NCBI GenBank assembly: GCA_030424715.1
Contig: JAUHWH010000003.1
Coordinates: 4,148-68,147 of the forward strand
Source: Bdellovibrionia bacterium
GTDB taxonomy: Bacteria > Bdellovibrionota > Bdellovibrionia > Bdellovibrionales > JAGQZY01
Reading direction: 5' to 3'
DNA length: 64,000 nucleotides
Made by a program: the position numbers and the translations under genes. The notes below the pieces were generated by a model, which worked only from the letters and a program-made list of their open reading frames with translations, did not search any database and was not told where the DNA came from. Below, piece by piece: positions 19,125-27,839 of the stretch. Numbering within the stretch: position 1 is the first letter of the stretch; each line of letters opens with the position of its first letter.

Positions 19125-19793
19125 ATGGCAGAATCCACTAAGAGCTCATTTTCACTCAAAGAGATCGGTCCCGGGACGGATCTTGAAAGCTACAGTTCCA
19201 CTGGGCGTGGTGGCAAGACTCAGACAGAAGTGAAGTTTACCAACCACTTAGAAGGACTTCTTAAAGAGGGGATTCAGATTGATGATGAGGCCGATGCATC
19301 GGCTGCTTTGACATATGGTCATTCGATATTGGCGGCTGTGGTCTACGAACGCTACGAGATGGCGATCTCTGAGTTGGAGACTCTCCTGAGTATACGGACT
19401 GACTACCCAGACTTCGGTGAAAAAGCGGGGCGTTACATCCAGCATGCAAAAAGTTTGGTGCGAGCTATTAAGGCCAAGCGTGCCGTCGGTAAATTGCCCC
19501 ATGTCTCTCGATCTAAGCAAAAAGAGTTGGTAGCCACCTTAGGGATACATTTTCAAGAGTTAAGGACGTGCATCTTAAATATCGAGAAGGTGGAGCGCTA
19601 TGTTCGCAAAGAGGACATTAGCTCGACCCGTTGGTTTATGATCTCATTGTTTTGGTCTATTGGAGTGGTGTTCTTTTTTGCAATGCTGAAAGCCGCCTTT
19701 CCTGACGTCTTTATTGCCATTCATCAGCTGCTTACCCATTATCTTCACCAACTCTTCTTGGGATTGGCCCACTGGCTTTGGCCTATCTCGTAA
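19125..19793 (+). CDS. hypothetical protein with a C-terminal membrane anchor
   Basis: 222-aa ORF. It has a soluble N-terminal region, then WFMISLFWSIGVVFFFAMLKAAF and a second hydrophobic segment. I recognise no motif. Confidence 0.45.
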   Translation: MAESTKSSFSLKEIGPGTDLESYSSTGRGGKTQTEVKFTNHLEGLLKEGIQIDDEADASAALTYGHSILAAVVYERYEMAISELETLLSIRTDYPDFGEKAGRYIQHAKSLVRAIKAKRAVGKLPHVSRSKQKELVATLGIHFQELRTCILNIEKVERYVRKEDISSTRWFMISLFWSIGVVFFFAMLKAAFPDVFIAIHQLLTHYLHQLFLGLAHWLWPIS

Positions 19794-20961
19794 CCTCTTG
19801 ATAAATCATTTCTAGTAATGGAATCGAGAAGCCGGCTGAGACTTTCTTGCCATTAACAAACAATGACGGCGTGCCGTTGATGTTTAAGTCAGCCCCTAGC
19901 TTGGATTGGGCGCGAATGGCTTCGCGAGCCGCCTCTGAGTCCACACAGGTCATCAGAGCGTCACTATCGAGCCCTAGGTTGGGTATTTCTTGTTTCAGCT
20001 TTGCTTTGACTTGGTCCTTGCTCAAGAGGTCTCTTTGGTTTTCAAAAATCCAACTTTGTGTCTTCCAGGGCTTTCCTTGTTGTCCAGCACAGTGAGAGAC
20101 TCTTGCCAGCAAACATCTTGTGCCCTCGGCATTGGGTATGGCGCTGTTGCATTCACCATCAAGAGGCCAGGCTTGAAAAGAGAACTCCACGTCGGGGTGA
20201 GCTTTTACGAAATTGTGAATGACCGGGTAGGCGTTGGCACAATGGCCACACAAGAAGTCCGCAAACTCTACCATTTTCATTTTTGCCGAGGGATTGGGGT
20301 TCATCACGATAGGCTCGACGGGAGTGATTGTTTTTACGGAGGCATTTTTCCAGTCGTCCAATTGCAGCTCCATAAACTCAATTCGCTCTTTGCCACCATA
20401 TTGTCTGAGGGTGTTGTGGTGAAAAAAGAAGGCTGCTGCTACGAGACCTACGGCTAAAATAGGGTAGAGTTTCAGGTTGCCAGAAGAAAACAGGGGGTGC
20501 TCCGATGTTATCATCCATGCGGTCACCAACACCACAAGCGAGAGCGCATAGGCGAGGGTGCAGGCCGGGCAAATGGTGTGCAACACAAAGTAAGACAAGC
20601 CTCCCATAACAAGGCTGGTGGCAAAGATTCCTAAAGCAATAAGCTTGATGGGGCCACCCAGGCCTTGCCGTGTTTCATCGCTGACTACAGGAAATCGAAA
20701 AGCCACGAGCAAACAAAGAAGGGCAAAATTGATCAGGCCGCCAAAGATGGCCACAGGAATTCCCATCACCTCGGAATAGGCACTGGCTGTGGTTCGATTG
20801 CAATTGATGGTTTCACTCACATTACAAATGCTTTCATTAGCGACCTGGCCGTACTTAAAGCTATAGTGATGGTTGGTAAGGTACACATGGGTGCCCACTG
20901 CCGCTAGGGTACAGAAAAAGCAAATCCAAAAAGCGAGCTGTGAGTTTTTGCCTGAGTTCAT
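19783..20961 (-). CDS. vitamin K epoxide reductase (VKOR) domain fused to a DsbA/thioredoxin-like domain
   Basis: The N-terminal 4-5 TM region has loop cysteines (ICNVSETINCN) and CPAC in TM4. The C-terminal domain has FADFLCGHCANAYP (CXXC thioredoxin fold). Confidence 0.75.
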   Translation of the reverse strand: MNSGKNSQLAFWICFFCTLAAVGTHVYLTNHHYSFKYGQVANESICNVSETINCNRTTASAYSEVMGIPVAIFGGLINFALLCLLVAFRFPVVSDETRQGLGGPIKLIALGIFATSLVMGGLSYFVLHTICPACTLAYALSLVVLVTAWMITSEHPLFSSGNLKLYPILAVGLVAAAFFFHHNTLRQYGGKERIEFMELQLDDWKNASVKTITPVEPIVMNPNPSAKMKMVEFADFLCGHCANAYPVIHNFVKAHPDVEFSFQAWPLDGECNSAIPNAEGTRCLLARVSHCAGQQGKPWKTQSWIFENQRDLLSKDQVKAKLKQEIPNLGLDSDALMTCVDSEAAREAIRAQSKLGADLNINGTPSLFVNGKKVSAGFSIPLLEMIYQEVTR

Positions 20962-21079
20962 AGAAAACCCTCCTTCAGTAAGCAGACTTAAGTACTAGTG
21001 GAGATAGCTTACCAGTGCCTGAGAGAATGGTCGAAGAAAAAAACTTGTCATCGACTCACCGGGCCTCCAAACTAACTGT

Positions 21080-22735
21080 GTGGGGGCGCGTCGAAAAACC
21101 ATCTATTCGAAAAACTGGCTTCAAGAGCGAAAGCAAATATTGCATAAAATCAAAGACCAAGTCCGTCTTTATTTAGGCGATGAAAGCTCTGACCTGACCC
21201 TCTATGCCCAGGCCTACAAACAAGACCTCGATCGTTCGTGGGAGCCGTCCCATTGGCAAGAGGTCTTTGTGGCTCTCCAGCAAGTGCAGGTTGTCTACGG
21301 TGGAGATTTTCACCCCTTCGCGCAGGCTCAGCGGGCCCATCTTCGTATGATTCGCAAGTTGGTGCACGAGCGCCCCCTAACTTTGGCTCTGGAATGTGTG
21401 TTTGCGGTGGATCAATTGCTTGTTGATCAGTTTGTGGCCTCGCAAATATCGGAGGCGTCTTTTTTAGAGAAAGTTGGGTGGAACTCGAAATGGGGCTTCC
21501 CGTGGGCTCATTACAAGCCTCTCTTTGATTTCGCCAGAAAACACCAGGTGCCCATACTCGCATTGAATATCGCAGTCGATGAGCGCTCCAGCTCGACCTT
21601 GCTCAAAAGAGATGCAGAGGCCGCTGAGCGACTGGTTCATTATATGCATCAAGACTCTGAGCGGCTTTTCTACGTGGTTTACGGTGATCTTCATATTGCC
21701 AACTCGCATCTGCCAGAGCGCGTTCGCGAGCGCTTTGGTGGTCCGAGACCTGTGGAATCGGCCTCCCTTTACCTCAACTCAGAAAATATATACTTTCAGT
21801 TGGCCGAGGCTGAGGAAGAGAGCAAAGTCGAGGTCGTCAAGTTCACGGATCGTGAGTTCTGCTTGTTGAGTTCGCCGCCTTGGGTGAAATGGCAAAGTTA
21901 TTTAATGTACTTAGAAGAAAACTTTGATGTGGAACTCGAGTTCGATGATGATGACGAATTCGATGAAGACGACTGGGATGAATGGGACTTTCAGGTCGAT
22001 CACACCGACAATGTCTCCGGACTCGTAAAGATGATTGCCATCGCCTTAGATATCGAGGTGGATAGCAATGCTGTTGAGGTTTACTCTCTGGGTGATCCAC
22101 AGGCTCTGGTTGTTACAGAAAAAGTCTTGAGTCCATCGGACAAAAAACTGGCTTACGAGTTGATTCAGAGTGATCGCAGTTTTTATATTCCCAACGCGGG
22201 GTTCTTTTATCTCTCTAAGGCCACTGTCAATCACGCCGCCACTTTGGCCGGGCAGTACGTTCACGGCGTGCTCTGCGGTCGCAACTCCTTGGACTGGGAT
22301 TTTCCAAAAGATTTTATTAAATTTATTTGGATTGAGGCTATGGCGTTCATGCTCAGTAAGTTTGTTAATCCCAAACGAAAGGCCCAAACCATGGCCGATC
22401 TAAAAAAACAGTTAGAGGCGTTCGACAAAGCGGATCGTGGGCGAGAGCCACTGTTGCTGGCATTGGATCAAAAGATGATCGAGCTTCTTTCGGTTTACGC
22501 CAATCGAGAGCGCCAAAAAGTATTCGAGCCCAGAGAAAGGTCTAGTTATGTTCTCGCAGCGAAGTTTATTGGGGAAATTCTAGGCGATCGATATTTTGTT
22601 CTTTATGAAAAGCAAATCCTTGGTATAGATAGTATTAGGCAACTGTTGGATCAAAGTCTCAATGATAAAGACTTTGAATCTTTTTACTTCAAGCAGTTAA
22701 AGGCGCTCGATGAATGGGAGCTGAAGGGACCTTAA
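21080..22735 (+). CDS. cytoplasmic protein with an EreA/ChaN/Tiki-like (ChaN, DUF399) N-terminal domain and an acidic insertion
   Basis: Contains VVYGGDFHPFAQAQRAHLRMIRKL...LALECV...WGFPWAHYKPLFDFARKHQVPILALN...VVYGDLHIA, which resembles the ChaN pattern from memory. An acidic run ELEFDDDDEFDEDDWDEWDF is present. There is no signal peptide. Confidence 0.45.
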   Translation: MGARRKTIYSKNWLQERKQILHKIKDQVRLYLGDESSDLTLYAQAYKQDLDRSWEPSHWQEVFVALQQVQVVYGGDFHPFAQAQRAHLRMIRKLVHERPLTLALECVFAVDQLLVDQFVASQISEASFLEKVGWNSKWGFPWAHYKPLFDFARKHQVPILALNIAVDERSSSTLLKRDAEAAERLVHYMHQDSERLFYVVYGDLHIANSHLPERVRERFGGPRPVESASLYLNSENIYFQLAEAEEESKVEVVKFTDREFCLLSSPPWVKWQSYLMYLEENFDVELEFDDDDEFDEDDWDEWDFQVDHTDNVSGLVKMIAIALDIEVDSNAVEVYSLGDPQALVVTEKVLSPSDKKLAYELIQSDRSFYIPNAGFFYLSKATVNHAATLAGQYVHGVLCGRNSLDWDFPKDFIKFIWIEAMAFMLSKFVNPKRKAQTMADLKKQLEAFDKADRGREPLLLALDQKMIELLSVYANRERQKVFEPRERSSYVLAAKFIGEILGDRYFVLYEKQILGIDSIRQLLDQSLNDKDFESFYFKQLKALDEWELKGP

Positions 22736-22737
22736 GG

Positions 22738-24423
22738 ATGAGTCAGTGGTATCTTAGTAAAAACGGACAAGCGCTCGGGCCTTTGTCTGAAGACAAGGTG
22801 ATCGCGCTTATTCATTCGGGTGAAGTCACTCCTCTTGATTTGGTTTATCAAGCGGGAGCCACAGAGTGGTTGCCTGTGTCGGAAGTGCCCCAGCTGTTTC
22901 AGCATATTCAAAATGAAGAAAAAGATTCGAACCCTTCGGGTGGTGGTGATCGATCTTGGGTTTTGCTTAAGCGAACGGAGACCGAAAAAGGCAAGGAGTA
23001 CAAGCAGCTTGGTCCTTTTTCTGAAACTCAAGTCTTAGGCCTTATCGATTCCGGTGAGATCCGATTTTCTGATTTCGCATGGAAAGAGGGGATGGAGAGC
23101 TGGGGTAAAATTTCTGAAATTCGAGAGCTTTCGCAACCTTTACCATCGAGCACCAGTGTCGATGCCTCGCTTTACGAGAAAACCGATGACGACCATGCCA
23201 TTGCAAAATCAGTGGACGCGGTGGGGGGTGACGATATCGAGACCTTTCAACGCGAGCAACAGACAGTGACAACGCCGCCTGTTTTTATGGAAAGTGACGG
23301 TGACGACGAGCTCGAAGAAGTGGGACCGGAGGCATCGACCTCTTTCGAAGAAGACGAGAACTCTGAGGTTAGTCTTTGGTCTTTAGATCCTCCTTTAAAA
23401 TCTAGTGAAAAAGCAGCCATGAAGACTCCTAAATCCGAAGAGGCTCCAGTTTCTGACGAGCCCGCTCGTGTTGTGGCTGCGGCCGCGGTGACTGAACCCA
23501 TCGAGTCCTCGCTGAGTGATGAGAATACAGTGGAGCAAACCTCCGTCAAAGAAAAACAGGGCGACGAGGACTTGTTAACGCCCCCACCTTTTTTGAATAC
23601 TGATAAGGCCCTTCGAGTCGCCGCGGGTTTGGTGATCGCTATAGGCGTGTTCTTTGTTTACACAAGTTTTCATTCCGATGGTGAGAAAAGCGAGGTCGGC
23701 GCCTTTACAGAAGAGGAAGGTGGGGATTCTCTCACTGATCAGAACGCCTTCGAGCCAGAGACCCCTCGCCCACCTGAGGTGATGGTGGCAGCACCAACCG
23801 TACCGCCACCGCCAGCGGTGGTAGAAGAAAACAAGGGGCCAGCACCAAAGGTAAAGCCAGCGGCAAAAGTGGTATCCTCGAAGACCAGGCCCAGTGCAAA
23901 GGTCGGCACTGCCTCAGCAGTGAAGCGAGTCGAAAAAAGAAACCGCATCAACAAGCAGCTTTCGGTGGTGCGATCGTCGAAAAAAAACAAGAGTCAGGTT
24001 AAAGCCAAGGGCAAAGCCGTAAAGTCCGTGGGAAGTCAAAAACAACAGTCGTTTTACAAGCAGCGAGATCGACTCGCTCTGTTCTACTCGTCTTTAAAGG
24101 CGGAAACTCTCGCTGTTGATATTGCTCGGCAGTACAAGAAAATCGGTAAAAACAAATCGGCTTGGAGCCGCTATTACAAGCAGTGGCAAAAAAAGGTTCG
24201 GTTGTCGCTGGCAAAAGACATTCGCGAGTTTCCTAAAAGAAGTGAGAAATACGCCTACCCCAAGGTCTTGGCTTCCTTCAAAAAAGATTATAATTTGTTT
24301 TATAAATACGGCGCTCTTTTCGATTCAAAGGTGAAGGGCTCGCGAGCTCCATCAGGAGTCCCAAAAGACATGAAATCGGTGTTCTCTCGCTACAAAAAAC
24401 AAGCCCAAAGCCTAGGGCGCTAA
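22738..24423 (+). CDS. GYF_2 (DUF4339) double-domain membrane protein with acidic, Pro-rich and Lys-rich regions
   Basis: It has two GYF-like modules: WYLSKNGQALGPLSEDKVIALIHSGEVTPLDLVYQAGATEWLPVSEV and GPFSETQVLGLIDSGEIRFSDFAWKEGMESWGKISEI. One TM helix (VAAGLVIAIGVFFVY) follows, then PPEVMVAAPTVPPPPAVV and a basic tail. ATG 22738 directly follows the upstream stop. Confidence 0.6.
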   Translation: MSQWYLSKNGQALGPLSEDKVIALIHSGEVTPLDLVYQAGATEWLPVSEVPQLFQHIQNEEKDSNPSGGGDRSWVLLKRTETEKGKEYKQLGPFSETQVLGLIDSGEIRFSDFAWKEGMESWGKISEIRELSQPLPSSTSVDASLYEKTDDDHAIAKSVDAVGGDDIETFQREQQTVTTPPVFMESDGDDELEEVGPEASTSFEEDENSEVSLWSLDPPLKSSEKAAMKTPKSEEAPVSDEPARVVAAAAVTEPIESSLSDENTVEQTSVKEKQGDEDLLTPPPFLNTDKALRVAAGLVIAIGVFFVYTSFHSDGEKSEVGAFTEEEGGDSLTDQNAFEPETPRPPEVMVAAPTVPPPPAVVEENKGPAPKVKPAAKVVSSKTRPSAKVGTASAVKRVEKRNRINKQLSVVRSSKKNKSQVKAKGKAVKSVGSQKQQSFYKQRDRLALFYSSLKAETLAVDIARQYKKIGKNKSAWSRYYKQWQKKVRLSLAKDIREFPKRSEKYAYPKVLASFKKDYNLFYKYGALFDSKVKGSRAPSGVPKDMKSVFSRYKKQAQSLGR

Positions 24424-24461
24424 AAGCTTAAGTGTTTCTAGTCTCTTGCCGATAAATAGGC

Positions 24462-25151
24462 ATGAATAGAACCGTTTTCACATTCACATGTATGTTTATG
24501 ACTTTTGCCGGTCTGCTGTTCCTTGGAGAAGTAAAGGGAACACTCAACGGTTCAAGAGAACATAAGCAAATGGCTGAGTTTTGGAAAAGTAAAGTGGCTC
24601 GCGAGCAACTGAAGAAGCTGCTTGTGCAAGGGCACTTTGCTGATTTTAAGCAAGACATCGCGCTCTTGATTCCTCAAGAGATCGAAAATCGAAAAGTGGA
24701 AGAGGAAAAGCAGCAGCTAAGAAATTTAGCCAGTGTGATTCCCCATGAAGGAACCCACGAAATTCAATTGGGTCTCTCAGCAAAGAAAATGCTTCTTGAT
24801 GGTAAGGAGAAAGTAAAAAAACGTGAGTTCAAAGAGGCCACTCAAATTCTGAAAAGACTGGTCGATACTTATCCTGACTCTTATCATATTATTGAAGCTC
24901 ATTACTTGATTATTGAAGCTTATGCTCAACAAGATAAAAATGCCAATGTCATCACCTGGGTTGAAAAAATGGTGGACCTGTTTCCTGAAAACAGACTGAC
25001 GGGTTATGCTCTGTTAAAGATCGGTGGCCTCTATGAGCTCGATGGCCGAGTCGAAGATGCGGTTCGGATTTACAAAACAATCGTTGCCGTTTACGAGGAC
25101 AAAAAATTAGTGTCCCAAGCTCAAGTGGCGGTCAGCGAGCTGCAACTATGA
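24462..25151 (+). CDS. secreted TPR/YbgF-like repeat protein
   Basis: Signal-like N-terminus. The C-terminal half reads LKRLVDTYPDSYHIIEAHYLIIEAYAQQDK...LFPENRLTGYALLKIGGLYELDGRVEDAVRIYKTIV (TPR-like). Confidence 0.55.
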   Translation: MNRTVFTFTCMFMTFAGLLFLGEVKGTLNGSREHKQMAEFWKSKVAREQLKKLLVQGHFADFKQDIALLIPQEIENRKVEEEKQQLRNLASVIPHEGTHEIQLGLSAKKMLLDGKEKVKKREFKEATQILKRLVDTYPDSYHIIEAHYLIIEAYAQQDKNANVITWVEKMVDLFPENRLTGYALLKIGGLYELDGRVEDAVRIYKTIVAVYEDKKLVSQAQVAVSELQL

Positions 25152-25906
25152 TTTTCCGGTGCTTACGAGTCCTTTTGTTTTACGCCGCTTCGACCCTGCA
25201 GGTTTCAATTGTGGACGCCAAAGACTACACCATTCCCACGGAGAGTCCCAAGAACTGCATAAAGTCAAAGAGTCTTCCTTGTGCTGTGAGCACAGGAGAT
25301 CAGCCCCGTATGTTCCAGTGGGTGAAATCCTCTTGGGAGCTCGATCGTCACTTGGTCCTAGAGACAGATAGAAAAGAAGTTTGGAATGTTTATCAAGGAC
25401 TTCTTGTGGTTAACAGTAAGAAGCCATTGAAAATTCACACCCCCTTTGCGGACATTCAGTTGGGTCACTCTAAAGTAATGATCCATGTGCTCAAAAATAA
25501 AGTGCGAGTCCTGTCGCTTAACGGTGAAGGTGTGAAAGTGAAACCAAAAGGGGAGTCAGAAGAGCACTTTTTGGTCCCGGGGTTTCAGAACTGGTTCGGT
25601 GGGGTTAATAATGGTTCCTCAGAGTCCGGAGTGGTCTCGGTGATCGACTTTGAATCCTTCGCGCAAGATCGAGCTCGTTTTTTTATGGACCACCAGTACG
25701 GTTACATTCAAGAACTCCAGCAGGTGGCAAAAACAGTGAAGTGGGCAGCGATCCAGGCCAGTCAAATGCATCGCGATTTAGTGCAGCGAAAAATGGCCTC
25801 ATTAGAGGTTAAACATCAAGAAAAGATTCAAAAAAAGCGTCAAAAGATTCAATTCAATAAGTACCTTCGCAAACTGTTCCTACAGAAAATTCGATACGAC
25901 TATTAG
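25148..25906 (+). CDS. hypothetical secreted protein (weak FecR-like beta-sandwich resemblance)
   Basis: The start overlaps the upstream stop (ATGA). It has a signal-like N-terminus. LKIHTPFADIQLGHSKVMIHVLKNKVRVLSLNGEGVKV resembles the FecR-domain pattern. Family assignment is weak. Confidence 0.4.
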   Translation: MIFRCLRVLLFYAASTLQVSIVDAKDYTIPTESPKNCIKSKSLPCAVSTGDQPRMFQWVKSSWELDRHLVLETDRKEVWNVYQGLLVVNSKKPLKIHTPFADIQLGHSKVMIHVLKNKVRVLSLNGEGVKVKPKGESEEHFLVPGFQNWFGGVNNGSSESGVVSVIDFESFAQDRARFFMDHQYGYIQELQQVAKTVKWAAIQASQMHRDLVQRKMASLEVKHQEKIQKKRQKIQFNKYLRKLFLQKIRYDY

Positions 25907-26021
25907 ACCTGAGTCCACTGAGGCGGCCTAAAGTCTTAAGCCCGAAGCCTTGATCGCTTTACATTTCCGATACGCCGAAATATTCGATGCTATAATAATG
26001 ATATCACTTCAGGAGGAAGAG

Positions 26022-27686
26022 ATGGCTGGCAGTATTGGCAATGACGCGACAGAAGCGCAAAAGGTTCGCGACTATTACAAAGAGCGCGAGCAAACTCTAA
26101 AAGAGCAGCATCGTAAAGAAATTGCCAAGATGCAGCAGGCTCACAAATCAGAAGTGAATGAAGTCAATCAAAACAACGATGCCAGAATCAACCAGTCTGC
26201 TAAAAACACGCAAGCCACCATTGAACGTCGAGACATGCGCCACCAAAAAGAGATTGCGAAAATGCGCCAAGCTCACGCCGCCCAAAAGCGCCGCGAGAGC
26301 ATGGATCGAACAAAAAACGAAGACCACCTTCACAACACCTATAGTGATCAAATAGCAGGAACAAAACGAGCTCACGAGGCAGAGATTACTAACATTCGTG
26401 AGAAGTCGCGCCAGACATTGACCAACAACAATGACTCCACCTCACAAACCTTGCAAAACTACCAGCAGCGCCAACTTGAAGAGACTGAAAATTCAAGAAA
26501 CCGGTTGAATCGATTGCATCAACAAGAGAAGCGAGAGATGCAGAATCGTCACCGATCAGAGGTTGACCAATTATCCGCCCAGAAACAATTGTCGGAGTTG
26601 GGTAAAAAGCAGCAGGTAGAATCGTTAAAGCGAAAGCATCAGTACGATATTCAGGCTATGGAGCGTCGTCATGAAATTGCTTTGCAGGACACGCGATACC
26701 AAAACGCGGAGACCCTTAAAAATATGCGTGATGAGCATGCTTCTAGCGTCGATAAAATACAAAATCGCTACGACCGTGCCTTAGCTCGAGAGAAAGCTCA
26801 GCTGGCCGACACTCGTGAGGAGTATATGTCGCAGTCCGGACGAGTCGCTATGGAGCGTGATCGACAAAATCAACGAATTAGAAACCTAAAAGAAGACAAC
26901 ACTCGTAACCTGAGTCGAGCCGATGCCCAAAAAAGACGAGAGCTCGACAACGTAAAGCTTGCCCATAAGGACACCTACGATCAAATGTTTGATGAGCGAC
27001 AGGGGATGGTCAAAGAGTTTAATCGAATTCACTCAGATGAGATTAAAATTGCTCAGCACAACGCCGACCAGCGTATTGAGGCCAATATGAACCATCTCAC
27101 AAAGCAGATGGAGCAGGAGAACGATCGTAACCAACGCCTTCTGATTGATCAGCGTAAGAAGCTAATTACAGAGAACAACGATAAACGTCAGCAGAATGAG
27201 ATGAGCCTAAACCAAATGCAGGACATCCAATCCAATGAGCGAGAGAAGATGGTGTTGGCTCACAAAAATGAAAGACAGCGCTTACAGGATCGCTATGCCT
27301 CAAACCTAGATCAGACCCGTTTTAAGGATCAAGCCCAGCGTGATAAAATGCGAATGGATTTTGAAAACAAGATCAAAGAAATGGATTTGAAACACAAAAA
27401 AGAAGTGATGGCCTTAAGACAAGAGCATGAACAGGCGAAGATCGAGATGAATGATCGTCAGCAGCAGCGTCTACTCGCTCTAAAAAATGAGAGTCAACGG
27501 ATTCAAAACCAGCGTGAACAGGCCTATAAAATGCGTGAGGCCACTCAAGAGGCCAAATACGAACACCGTATCGAGAACATGCAGCGCCAACACACTGACC
27601 AGCTTAGCCAAATGAATGAAAACTACCGCCGCAATCTCTCTGAACTCATCAGAGAGGGTCAGCGCATGGAAAAAGCCAAATCCTAA
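26022..27686 (+). CDS. highly charged Q/R/E/K/N-rich coiled-coil protein, function unknown
   Basis: 554 aa from ATG 26022, preceded by AGGAGG. It has internal repeats (QHRKEIAKMQQAH and RHQKEIAKMRQAH). There are no hydrophobic segments. Confidence 0.6.
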   Translation: MAGSIGNDATEAQKVRDYYKEREQTLKEQHRKEIAKMQQAHKSEVNEVNQNNDARINQSAKNTQATIERRDMRHQKEIAKMRQAHAAQKRRESMDRTKNEDHLHNTYSDQIAGTKRAHEAEITNIREKSRQTLTNNNDSTSQTLQNYQQRQLEETENSRNRLNRLHQQEKREMQNRHRSEVDQLSAQKQLSELGKKQQVESLKRKHQYDIQAMERRHEIALQDTRYQNAETLKNMRDEHASSVDKIQNRYDRALAREKAQLADTREEYMSQSGRVAMERDRQNQRIRNLKEDNTRNLSRADAQKRRELDNVKLAHKDTYDQMFDERQGMVKEFNRIHSDEIKIAQHNADQRIEANMNHLTKQMEQENDRNQRLLIDQRKKLITENNDKRQQNEMSLNQMQDIQSNEREKMVLAHKNERQRLQDRYASNLDQTRFKDQAQRDKMRMDFENKIKEMDLKHKKEVMALRQEHEQAKIEMNDRQQQRLLALKNESQRIQNQREQAYKMREATQEAKYEHRIENMQRQHTDQLSQMNENYRRNLSELIREGQRMEKAKS

Positions 27687-27747
27687 AAGTGCGCAGGATG
27701 GTCAATGATGGGTAGTGACAGTCATTGCACTGGATTTCGTTGATCCC

Positions 27748-27786
27748 AGAAAATAAGAAACCGTCATTGCTATTGAGCAATGACGG
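27748..27786 (-). terminator. rho-independent terminator downstream of the 1,496-aa gene
   Basis: There is a perfect 11-bp stem at 27759..27769 / 27776..27786 with a 6-nt loop. On the minus strand it is followed by TTCTTATTTT. A second 9-bp hairpin at 27803..27824 lies between it and the stop codon. Confidence 0.6.
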
Positions 27787-27839
27787 TCTGAAACTCTATA
27801 GGACGGCACTCATTGTTGAGTGCCGCCAAAATTATCTAT

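Noticed and set aside
27803-27824. 9-bp hairpin immediately after the giant-gene stop as its terminator
   Set aside because: It has no U-rich tail on either strand. The downstream 11-bp hairpin with a T-rich tail (27748..27786) is the better terminator.
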